NCBI GenBank assembly: GCA_965224485.1 | Contig: CBDCZH010000016.1 | Location: forward strand, 96,001-160,000 | Reading direction: 5' to 3' | DNA: 64,000 bases | Source of the DNA: Arcobacteraceae bacterium | Lineage (GTDB): Bacteria > Campylobacterota > Campylobacteria > Campylobacterales > Arcobacteraceae | Part shown: one piece after another, positions 41,552 to 49,932 of the stretch | Position numbering within the stretch: the stretch's first letter is position 1 | Layout of the letters: every line of letters starts with the position of its first letter | Notes under the pieces: generated by a model | Databases searched by the model: none | Told to the model about the DNA's origin: nothing | Seen by the model: only the letters and a program-made list of their open reading frames with translations | Made by a program: the position numbers and the translations under genes

Positions 41552-43384
41552 ATGCTCCATATTGAAAAGGAATTAATATCTTATAAGGTAAAAGATATTT
41601 TAGAGATAAATAATTTATCGTTAGATTCTTCATATAAAGTGATAATTGAAGAAATTCTTTTATCTTATTCATTAAAAGAAAAGATAAGTGAAAAGAACCT
41701 AAAAAACATTAGAACTAATAAAAGTTTCCAACTTTATTTATTAGATTTAGTACAAAAGAAAATGAAAAATATAATTACTGATAGCTCATGTATACAATTT
41801 AGTGAAATGTTAAATATTATAAATTTGCTTTCTTACGGAAAAAAATACAAAATATTTACAAAATATAATCAATTTTCAAAAGATGGTACTAAAGAGATTC
41901 TAAAAGAGTATGAAACTTTACTGGAAAATACTTTTTCTCAAGATCAAATATGTTTCAATATTTACTTTTCTTTTTATACAAATATTTTGGATAGTTTTAT
42001 TCAAGTCTGTATTATAAACTCTATTGATATAAAGTATAAAAAGAATATTGCTTTTATTGTAGAATTATTACAAACAAGTATCAATACAATTAAAACAAAT
42101 ATAGAACTTCCTCAACACTATTTAGATATTTTAAATAAAACTTTTGCCAAATCTTTATTGTTTTTTTCAAATACAAACTATGTTGATACAAATGAGTATA
42201 CAGTTGATACCTTAATTTATTTTTTTGAGCAAACCTTAAAAAAACATATAGATGCTTATTCTATATTCCAGTCAAATAAAGAAGATTTAATTCATTACAA
42301 AACTTTCTTATTAACAACAACAAAACTTCTACTTTTCATGTTAAAGAAATTAGATAGCTATAAAGAAAACTATTTTTATAAACTAAATATTATCTCGAAG
42401 TTATACAATAAACATTTTTTGCAAGAAGAGCGTATATATAAGGGAAGTGAAAACTTTAAACATAATTTATTAGAAAAATTTGTTTTTATTTATGATGAAA
42501 AATTAAATATTTCATATAAACAATTATTAAATATAATTTTAGAAAAAAATAAATTAAGCCATAATGATATTATTCTTATTCATGATTTTGTTTTATTTGA
42601 TAAAAGTTTAGATAAAAATGAATTAAGTAGAATATTAAAAACTATCATCAATTTTAAACAAGAAAAAAATGATTATTATGAAAACTATAGATTAAAAATA
42701 ATTGATATAACAGTAAATAGATTTATAGAATTACAAGTTTTCCAAGAAAAGAATGAAGATGTTAATTTACTTATAACTTATTTAAACAAGATTGAACAAT
42801 CATCTCATTTATTAGCTTCTTATTCTAAAATTCATTTAACAATATCATTATATTATTCACATCAAAATCATGAGTATTTAGTACTGTCTAAAAAGCATTA
42901 TTATATTTCTAAAAAAATGTATTCATTTGATTCTTTTTTAAATGAATATTCTGATATTTTTGAAAATATTTTATTTAATAATGCAAGTGCTTATTTAGAA
43001 AACAACTTTATTAATCATAATATATTAAAAAAAGATTTATATAATTTTGGAAATAATCTAATGCAAGAATTTGCAATAAATGAGAATACTTTTCTAAATA
43101 ATCAAATTAGAAATAAAATATTAGATATTATTCAAAATATACTAAATAAAAGTACTTACACAAAACTAGATGCAAAAAACGATTTAAGTCTATTACTTTC
43201 TAAAAAAATTTTCTTTTCATTATGTGAATGTACAATTATAAAATCAGTTCAAATACAAAAGAATTCTAGTCAAGAAATATATAATATTCTTATACAAGAA
43301 TTAAACTCCACATATTCTATAGTTTATAAATATTCAAATTTTTATGAATATAATTTCAAAAAAATATATGAAGAAAAGAAATGA
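41552..43384 (+). CDS. large hypothetical protein, helical and AT-rich
   Basis: 610-aa ORF with no recognised motif. Confidence 0.65.
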   Translation: MLHIEKELISYKVKDILEINNLSLDSSYKVIIEEILLSYSLKEKISEKNLKNIRTNKSFQLYLLDLVQKKMKNIITDSSCIQFSEMLNIINLLSYGKKYKIFTKYNQFSKDGTKEILKEYETLLENTFSQDQICFNIYFSFYTNILDSFIQVCIINSIDIKYKKNIAFIVELLQTSINTIKTNIELPQHYLDILNKTFAKSLLFFSNTNYVDTNEYTVDTLIYFFEQTLKKHIDAYSIFQSNKEDLIHYKTFLLTTTKLLLFMLKKLDSYKENYFYKLNIISKLYNKHFLQEERIYKGSENFKHNLLEKFVFIYDEKLNISYKQLLNIILEKNKLSHNDIILIHDFVLFDKSLDKNELSRILKTIINFKQEKNDYYENYRLKIIDITVNRFIELQVFQEKNEDVNLLITYLNKIEQSSHLLASYSKIHLTISLYYSHQNHEYLVLSKKHYYISKKMYSFDSFLNEYSDIFENILFNNASAYLENNFINHNILKKDLYNFGNNLMQEFAINENTFLNNQIRNKILDIIQNILNKSTYTKLDAKNDLSLLLSKKIFFSLCECTIIKSVQIQKNSSQEIYNILIQELNSTYSIVYKYSNFYEYNFKKIYEEKK

Positions 43385-43614
43385 ATTCATAAAAGAACTA
43401 GTAAAAACCCCTATTCTTTTATTTTAAAAACTTGAAAATATACTTAAACTAAGGTGGAAAGTTTCACCTTAATTTATATACTACTTTTACTTATTCAAGT
43501 ATACATACTAAGCTTTGAATGAAGTAAAAATAAAAGCTAAAGTAAATCTTTTTATTGTCTTTTTTTTAAGACATATTTGTTATAATATTTGCTATTTAAA
43601 GACTAAGGAATGTT

Positions 43615-44462
43615 ATGAATTTATCACTTAAATTTTTTACTATTGTATCAGTTTTGTTCTTTTCACTTATGCTAAATGCTTCTGAAAAAAACAGCGATGG
43701 ATTAAAGACAATTATTGGAGAAGACCTTTAGTTGAGAGATATATTTTAGATGAATTAAAAGATTTACGTATTTCTAATATGAAACTAAGAATTGAAGTTG
43801 AAGAGAGAATAGCTAAGAATGTAGTTCAGCAAACAGATCGTGCCGCTAGATATATGACAGATACGATTGGAAATATTTTTTACCTAATTGCAGCTGCAAC
43901 ATCTATACTTATTTTTGCAGGTTGGAATTCTTTAAGAGATATTAGAAAAAAAACAGAAACTATAGTTGAAGAAAGAGTAAACCAAATTACAAAAAAATAT
44001 AATCTTCAAATGCAAACAATTCAAGAAGAAATGACCTTACAATCTGAAAAGATTATTGATAACCAGAATAAAATATATAATACTCAATATATACATTCAC
44101 TTTGGATGCGTTCAAATCTTGAAACAAATCCACAATCAAAAATTGATATATATGATGAAATTATAACTATGAACCCAAATGATGCAGAAGTTTATGCCTA
44201 TAAAGCAGATGCTGTTTTAGATATGGATGAATACGAATGGGCACTTAACCTTAGTAATAAAGCAATAGAAATTGACCCAGAATATGGATATGCTTATTGG
44301 CAAAGATCATGCGCAAATGCAGTATTACACAATAAACATGAAGCAATTGCTGATTTAATAACAGCAATTGAACAAGCACCTAATTTAAAAGATGAAATAC
44401 AAAGCGAAGAATTATTTGAAAACTTAAAAGGAATGAGTGAATTCAAAGAATTATTAACTTAA
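43615..44462 (+). pseudogene. exported TPR protein, frameshifted near the 5' end
   Basis: Signal peptide from ATG 43615 stops after 38 codons; the PLVERYILDELK..TPR body is in another frame; A7 run at 43685-43691. Confidence 0.7.
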
Positions 44463-44556
44463 AATAGGTATTTTAAGTAAAGAGGTGTGGATTACTCTTT
44501 ACCTTACAAAAACTAAGTGATTATAAAAATATATAAAATTCTTGAAAGGATAAAGT

Positions 44557-44871
44557 ATGAATAATCAAATTTTAAAAAAACTAAAACAATTAAAACCAAA
44601 GATTAAAAGTGAAGGTTTTGAACTTATAGGAGTTTTTGGTTCTTTTGCAAGAAATGAAGAAAAAGCTACAAGTGATATAGATATACTTTATCAAATAAAT
44701 GATACTAAAGAGTATTTAAAAAAATACTCAGGTTGGAATAGCATTACACATATTCTAGAAATTAAAGATTTTTTAAAAAAAGAACTAAATAGAGATATTG
44801 ATTTTGTTGATAACTCTTCTTTAGATTCAATTGCAAATAAGTATATTCAAAAAGATTTAATATATGTCTAA
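44557..44871 (+). CDS. minimal nucleotidyltransferase (MntA-type antitoxin)
   Basis: VFGSFARNE...SDIDIL. Confidence 0.9.
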   Translation: MNNQILKKLKQLKPKIKSEGFELIGVFGSFARNEEKATSDIDILYQINDTKEYLKKYSGWNSITHILEIKDFLKKELNRDIDFVDNSSLDSIANKYIQKDLIYV

Positions 44872-45117
44872 AGCTAGAATAGAGACTATTTTAAAATATA
44901 TAGACGATATAGAGTATATTGTTCCTAACTATGATGGTGTTCTAAATACTTTAAGGGTATTAACTTAGCTTTGATTGAAAACATTGTTAGAAATTTACTT
45001 AAACCTCTTAGCTTAGAACTAGCAAAAGAACTTACAGAAATTGATATTAAAAATGGTGATTATTCTACTCAATCAGCTAAAGAACATATTGAGACTTTAA
45101 AAAAAGATTTATTTTAA
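44864..45117 (+). pseudogene. internally deleted HepT/DUF86 toxin joined to a Phd-like antitoxin tail
   Basis: MSKARIETILKYIDDIE... overlaps the mnt stop and ends at 44968; downstream ...DIKNGDYSTQSAKEH resembles the tail of 45858..46112. Confidence 0.6.
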
Positions 45118-45447
45118 TTAACTAATTTGTTCTTTTAGAATTTTAATTAAGACTTCTTCTTTTATATTTGGTATTTTGGTTTTTGAGTATATTTTTAATA
45201 AGTATACATTCTCATTTTTATCTAGGTAATAATAAATAACTCTAAACCCTCCACTTTTACCAATTTTAGAAGATGAGTTTTCTAATCTAATTTTAAATAA
45301 GTTATTTGATAATACAATTCCAGCTTTTGGATTAACATTTAATATATCATTTAATGATATTAAATCACTTAGTAATTTCTTATTCTTCTTATATAGTTGT
45401 TTTACATCTTTTTTAAAAGAGTCTAAACTAATTATTTTCAAGTTCAT
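45118..45447 (-). CDS. RelE/ParE family toxin
   Basis: FKKDVKQL.KK, KIRL, GKSGGFRVIYY, IYSK. Confidence 0.88.
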   Translation of the reverse strand: MNLKIISLDSFKKDVKQLYKKNKKLLSDLISLNDILNVNPKAGIVLSNNLFKIRLENSSSKIGKSGGFRVIYYYLDKNENVYLLKIYSKTKIPNIKEEVLIKILKEQIS

Positions 45448-45697
45448 TGATTAAATCTTCTAAAGTATCTTTCTTATCTTTATTTGAAATTGTGTCATTT
45501 AGCTCTTTTACTGAGTCTTCAAACTCACAATAAAAAATATTTTCTTTTTGAACTTCAACATAAGATTTTATAGCCTCAATAATTACTTCACTTCTATTAA
45601 CAGAAAAACTCTTAGTAAATTCATCTATTTCATCAAGTAAGTATTTAGGTACTCGTAATCCAACTTGTTGTTTTTCCAAAGATAATAAGTTATTCAT
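45428..45697 (-). CDS. CopG/ribbon-helix-helix antitoxin
   Basis: VGLRVPKYLLDEID...NRSEVIIEAI; overlaps the toxin. Confidence 0.85.
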   Translation of the reverse strand: MNNLLSLEKQQVGLRVPKYLLDEIDEFTKSFSVNRSEVIIEAIKSYVEVQKENIFYCEFEDSVKELNDTISNKDKKDTLEDLINELENN

Positions 45698-45719
45698 ATT
45701 TATCCTTTTGTTTTACTAT

Positions 45720-45748
45720 ATTATATATAATAGTTTTACATTTGTCAA
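45720..45748 (-). promoter_or_regulatory. sigma70 promoter of the RHH-RelE operon
   Basis: TTGACA-N17-TATAAT on the minus strand. Confidence 0.75.
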
Positions 45749-45798
45749 ATATATTCTTATTTTAGTAAAGAAGTATAATTATAAAGCAAGTTTTTAAA

Positions 45799-45827
45799 TT
45801 GACATATTGAATAATACTTGTTATAAT
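45799..45827 (+). promoter_or_regulatory. sigma70 promoter of the Phd-like TA operon
   Basis: TTGACA-N17-TATAAT with extended TG. Confidence 0.78.
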
Positions 45828-45857
45828 ACTATTAAAAGTACTATTAAGGATACTATT

Positions 45858-46112
45858 ATGGTTATTTCTGCAAATGAAGTTAAAACAAAAGGTGTTTCTT
45901 TATTTTCACAACTCTTAGAAAAGTTTGAAGAACTAACTATAAATGTTAGAGGAAAAAATAAATTTGTAGTTATTGATATTCAAAGATATAAAGAACTAAG
46001 AGAAAATGAACTTAATTTAGCTTATATAAAAACAATGCAAGATATAAAAGATAAAAAATTTAAAACACAAACAGCCAAAGAACATCTTGAAGAATTAAGA
46101 AATGAAGTATAA
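45858..46112 (+). CDS. Phd/YefM-like antitoxin
   Basis: ISANEVKTKG...INVRGKNKFVVID; ATG at 45858 after AAGGA. Confidence 0.8.
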   Translation: MVISANEVKTKGVSLFSQLLEKFEELTINVRGKNKFVVIDIQRYKELRENELNLAYIKTMQDIKDKKFKTQTAKEHLEELRNEV

Positions 46113-46377
46113 ATTAATAATCACTCAAGAGTATTTCAAAAAACTAAAAAAGTTTTGTAAAAAACATCCTGATGTATTAAATAGATATGAAAAAGCTATC
46201 ACAATTCTAGAAGTAGACCCCTTCCATCCAAGCCTAAGAATTCATAAATTAAAAGGTGAATTATCAAACTTCCACTCTATCTCAATTACCATGGAATACA
46301 GGGTAATAATTGATTTTATAATAAAAGATAATGAAATCATTCCTATTAGTATAGGTACACATGATGATGTTTACTAA
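46102..46377 (+). CDS. RelE/YafQ-like mRNA interferase toxin
   Basis: DPFHPSLRIHKLKG...IGTHDDVY. Confidence 0.88.
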   Translation: MKYKLIITQEYFKKLKKFCKKHPDVLNRYEKAITILEVDPFHPSLRIHKLKGELSNFHSISITMEYRVIIDFIIKDNEIIPISIGTHDDVY

Positions 46378-46384
46378 AGCCTTA

Positions 46385-47473
46385 TTACTTCCATTTATAT
46401 CTATCTCTTAGCTTAGATAGTTCATAATTATTGTATTTAATACTTCCGTTATGCATTAAACGACCAACTATAATTGAAGGCTTTATATCTAACTCTTTTG
46501 CAAAAGTAATTACATTAATTCTTGAAAAATCTTTAGCTAATAAAAACTTTTTAAAATCTTTACTACTAATTAATATTTCGCTGGCGAACTTATCAGCCTC
46601 ATCTTCTTGCTTTTGCAATTTCGGATCATTGTATCCATCTTCTAAAAAAACTTCTCTTTTTGGATGAAGTAAAATATGACCTAATTCATGAAAAAAACTA
46701 AACCAAAAAACATCACTAAAACTACCTCTTAAAGTCATAGCAATTACAGCTTTTTGATTGTCTAACCAAAATGTTGCACCATGCACTTTTGTATTTTTAA
46801 AGTGAGGTAGTAATACTAATGAAATGCCACAACTATTTAATACTTTTTGAATTTCTTCAATAGATTTATTAATATCCTCTAAATTAATTAATGATTTTAT
46901 CTCTATTAACTTCTCTTTTAATTTTTTCTTATCAAAAATTTTAGTCTCTATTTCTTTTGCTTTTATTCTTGCTACTTGTATCCAAGTAGCAATAGATTCA
47001 TTTGAAATATTATCTTTACTTGCAACTCTAAAAGCTACTTCATAAGCCTTTACTTGTGGAATTTGAGCTAATTTGGCAACGCTAAAGAATCTTTTTAATT
47101 CGTCAACCTTTTCAACTGCTTTTTTGGTATATTCAACAAATCCTAAATTTACTAAATCTGTATACGGAAAATTTTTAACAAATTTACTTTCTTCTTCCAT
47201 AAGTTTTAATTCTTCTTCTCTTGCAATAACTACTTGATATTCACTCTCTAATCCAATCCATATATTAGAAGGAATACCTAATACATCTTCAAGCTCAAGA
47301 GCTGTAGTTGAAGTTATACTTTTTTTACCTTTTATTATCTCATTAATAGCTTGGAAAGGTCTTCCAAGTCTATTAGCAAGTTCAGATTGAGACATTCCTA
47401 TATCTTCTAAAGTTTCTTCTAAAAACTCTCCTACATGTATGGCTAAATCTGAATTATATTTATTAGTCATCAT
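46385..47473 (-). CDS. higA: HigA antitoxin fused to an ImmA/IrrE metallopeptidase domain
   Basis: N-terminal XRE HTH (HVGEFLEE..MSQSELA); C-terminal FFHELGH and EDEADKFA. Confidence 0.88.
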   Translation of the reverse strand: MMTNKYNSDLAIHVGEFLEETLEDIGMSQSELANRLGRPFQAINEIIKGKKSITSTTALELEDVLGIPSNIWIGLESEYQVVIAREEELKLMEEESKFVKNFPYTDLVNLGFVEYTKKAVEKVDELKRFFSVAKLAQIPQVKAYEVAFRVASKDNISNESIATWIQVARIKAKEIETKIFDKKKLKEKLIEIKSLINLEDINKSIEEIQKVLNSCGISLVLLPHFKNTKVHGATFWLDNQKAVIAMTLRGSFSDVFWFSFFHELGHILLHPKREVFLEDGYNDPKLQKQEDEADKFASEILISSKDFKKFLLAKDFSRINVITFAKELDIKPSIIVGRLMHNGSIKYNNYELSKLRDRYKWK

Positions 47474-47765
47474 AATGTTTACTCACTTCCTCTATCTTTG
47501 CGATATCAAAACTATCCCCATCATTGGTGATAATAAGTCTGTAAAACCCAGTAAGGGATATTGCAAACTCACCTTCTCTTTTTCCAGTTAGTGGATGAAA
47601 TTTTAATATTGGAATTTGAAACAAGTCATCAAAAGATTTTGCACTCTTTAATATATTTACTCTTTGGATATATTTCTTTGCAACTGGCATTCCATAAACT
47701 TTTACAGCATCTTTTGAATTTTCATATTGCTTTTGTAATTTCTTTGTTTTAAATTTTATTTCCAA
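47463..47765 (-). CDS. higB: HigB (RelE-family killer) toxin
   Basis: HPLTGKREGEFAISLTGFYRLI; upstream of HigA. Confidence 0.88.
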   Translation of the reverse strand: MEIKFKTKKLQKQYENSKDAVKVYGMPVAKKYIQRVNILKSAKSFDDLFQIPILKFHPLTGKREGEFAISLTGFYRLIITNDGDSFDIAKIEEVSKHYDD

Positions 47766-47779
47766 AATCTTTCCTAACT

Positions 47780-47796
47780 TTCACCCTAAGGGTGAA
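47780..47796. promoter_or_regulatory. palindromic operator candidate for higBA
   Basis: TTCACCCT-A-AGGGTGAA 15 bp upstream of higB. Confidence 0.6.
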
Positions 47797-47842
47797 TAAT
47801 ACATTATTTTAACTTACATTATTATTAAAATAATACTTTATT

Positions 47843-47962
47843 CATTATCCTAATATTTCTTTTGATGATGCACAAAAGAAAGTACAAAATGCAGTTAACA
47901 ATATCTCAAAAAACAAAGGTCTTTCAGAAGAAGAAGTATTTAACAAAATACTAAATCAATGA
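47843..47962 (+). pseudogene. 5'-truncated antitoxin remnant
   Basis: HYPNISFDDAQKKV...EEEVFNKILNQ* with ATGA overlap to the next toxin; no start codon. Confidence 0.5.
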
Positions 47963-48239
47963 AATATAAAATCATTATTGAACCAAGTGCAATTAATGAT
48001 TTAAATTCAATTTACACTTTTATAGAAACAAATGATTCCAAAACAAAAGCTAAAAACTTTCTTTCAAAACTACAAAACAAATCAAAACACTAAATCAAAT
48101 GCCACAAAGATACAGAGATTCCTATTATTTAAAAGATGGAAAAACAAAAGATCTAATTTACAAAGGTTATACTATTTGTTATCATATAAACAACAATAGT
48201 GTACATATTCTTACAGTATTTAGACAAAAAAATTATTAG
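47959..48239 (+). pseudogene. ParE/RelE family toxin, frameshifted
   Basis: MKYKIIIEPSAINDL..IYTFI; adding one A near 48075 restores IKTLNQMPQR...GYTICY...ILTVF. Confidence 0.8.
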
Positions 48240-48330
48240 TGAATAATTCATTTTCATCTATATAATAGTAAATTATTTTAGTGCGCATATAACAAAAAGT
48301 GGAGATTCAACCCCTGGGGTGTAATTTGGA

Positions 48331-48545
48331 AACACCCTGATATGTTAAATAGATATGAAAAAGCTATCACTATTTTACAACTAGACCCATTCCACCCAAG
48401 CCTTAGAATTCATAAACTAAAAGGCAAATTATCAAACTTCCACTCAATCTCAATTACTATGGAGTATAGAGTAATGATTGATTTTATAATAAAAGATAAT
48501 GAAATCATTCCTATTAGTATAGGGACACATGATGATGTTTATTAA
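48331..48545 (+). pseudogene. 5'-truncated paralogue of the 46102..46377 toxin
   Basis: 62 of 67 aa match the earlier toxin; first ~20 codons absent. Confidence 0.75.
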
Positions 48546-48627
48546 GTTATCTGTCACCACTTTTGAAGGTTTCTAAATTTGGTTATTAACTTTGAGGATA
48601 TAGAAGAGAAGAAAACAGTTGACACTA

Positions 48628-49680
48628 TTATTTCTCGTCATTCTTATTTATTTTTATTTGATCAAACTTTTTATATATTTGTAACCCCTGTTCTTTATTA
48701 ATAAACTTTATATATTCTATTTTACTTTTTAATACTTGATGAAAATCATTTGTATCTTTTATATTTTTTTAAAAATCTTATTATATTTTTCAACCGCTGC
48801 CTTTTTATTATATTTAATCCATAGATAAATAATAAATGATAGGTTATCTCTTTCTTTCTTTGAAATACTCATTTTATTATTATTCACAACAATTCCAGTT
48901 ACATCTTGCTTTTTATTAGAAGATAATATCTTTGTTTTTTCATAGTTAGGAAGAAAACCTTCATCGTATATTATTTGATATATAAAATTAATAAATTTTG
49001 ATACATTAATTGATTCATTCATAGAAAATGTCATATCATCTGAATATCTTGTATAAGAAATATAAATTTTAGAATTTTCATATGCTTTTATATAACCTTC
49101 TATTCTTAAATCTAATTTTCGTGAAATAATATTAGATAAAAAAGGGCTAGAAGGAGTCCCTAAAATCAAAGAATTTTCATAAGTTAGTATTCTTGAAAAT
49201 AGGTATGCTCTTTTATTGTCAATATTCATTCTAACTAACTCTTTGTATACTCTTCTTTTATCAATTGTTGTAAAAAAAGATTTTATATCCATTTTTATTA
49301 TTAACTTCTTATTCAAATGAACTTTTGCATTATCTTTTGTAGAATAGTTTTTTCTATAAGAAGTCAAATTATTAGATAATCTTATATTATCTGACATTAA
49401 GTAATTATGTAAAATAAACTTTTGAATTAAATATAAATTCTTTGTTGGTTGAAAAACAATTCTTTTTTTATTTTTTGTTTGGATTTCTAATTTTTTATAA
49501 AATTTTTTTGTATTTGATAGAATATCTAAAAAAATCGAAATTAGTTATTTTCTCTAAGTTATACTCATCTTTAAATTTTACTTTATAATGACTTTTCTTC
49601 AAAAAAGTATTTATATCAAGTATAATTTCATCAATTATAGCAGTGTAGTTATATAGGTAAGTATTGCAAAAACTATTCAT
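48628..49680 (-). pseudogene. retron-type reverse transcriptase (~350 aa), split by two frameshifts
   Basis: YKKLEIQTKNKKRIVFQP...IQKFIL, NAKVH, MDIKSFF, GTPSSPFLSN, YTRYSDDMTFS, VTGIVVN; breaks at A7 runs 49503-49509 and 48764-48770. Confidence 0.88.
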
Positions 49681-49866
49681 TACTAAAACCTTGTTTTGTA
49701 AAATTAAAAGAGAAATAATTTTATTTACTCTTCTGGAAATCATAAGCAAAAAGAAAAGAAAAAGAGTAAATAAAATTATTTCTCTTTTAATGTTACATAT
49801 AATTATACAATTGGTGTGCATAACATTTATACACTGTCCTAAGACGGCCAATACTTACCTTTATAT
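49651..49866 (-). ncRNA. retron msr-msd ncRNA
   Basis: Inverted arms 49849-49860 and 49655-49666, unpaired G at 49848, two short hairpins, perfect 30-bp stem 49703-49732/49762-49791. Confidence 0.82.
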
Positions 49867-49872
49867 CATAGT

Positions 49873-49881
49873 ATTTTACCA
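49873..49881 (-). promoter_or_regulatory. extended -10 promoter for the retron transcript
   Basis: TGGTAAAAT (TGn-TAAAAT) 8-12 nt upstream of the 5' arm. Confidence 0.6.
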
Positions 49882-49932
49882 ATTTTAAACTTATTATTAT
49901 CTTTAGAGAATTTAATGTTTTTTAAACTCCCC

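Noticed and set aside
48764..48776. Programmed -1 ribosomal frameshift in the RT
   Set aside because: No in-frame X XXY YYZ heptamer, and the upstream break needs the opposite shift
48628..49680. Group II intron, DGR or CRISPR-associated RT
   Set aside because: No maturase/domain V, no TR/VR pair and no cas1; NAxxH, VTG and the ncRNA indicate a retron
49664..49888. 74-aa plus-strand ORF and the N-terminal half of the 49495..49851 ORF
   Set aside because: Both contain KREIILFTL and RVNKIISLL only because they read through the 30-bp inverted repeat; this is the retron ncRNA
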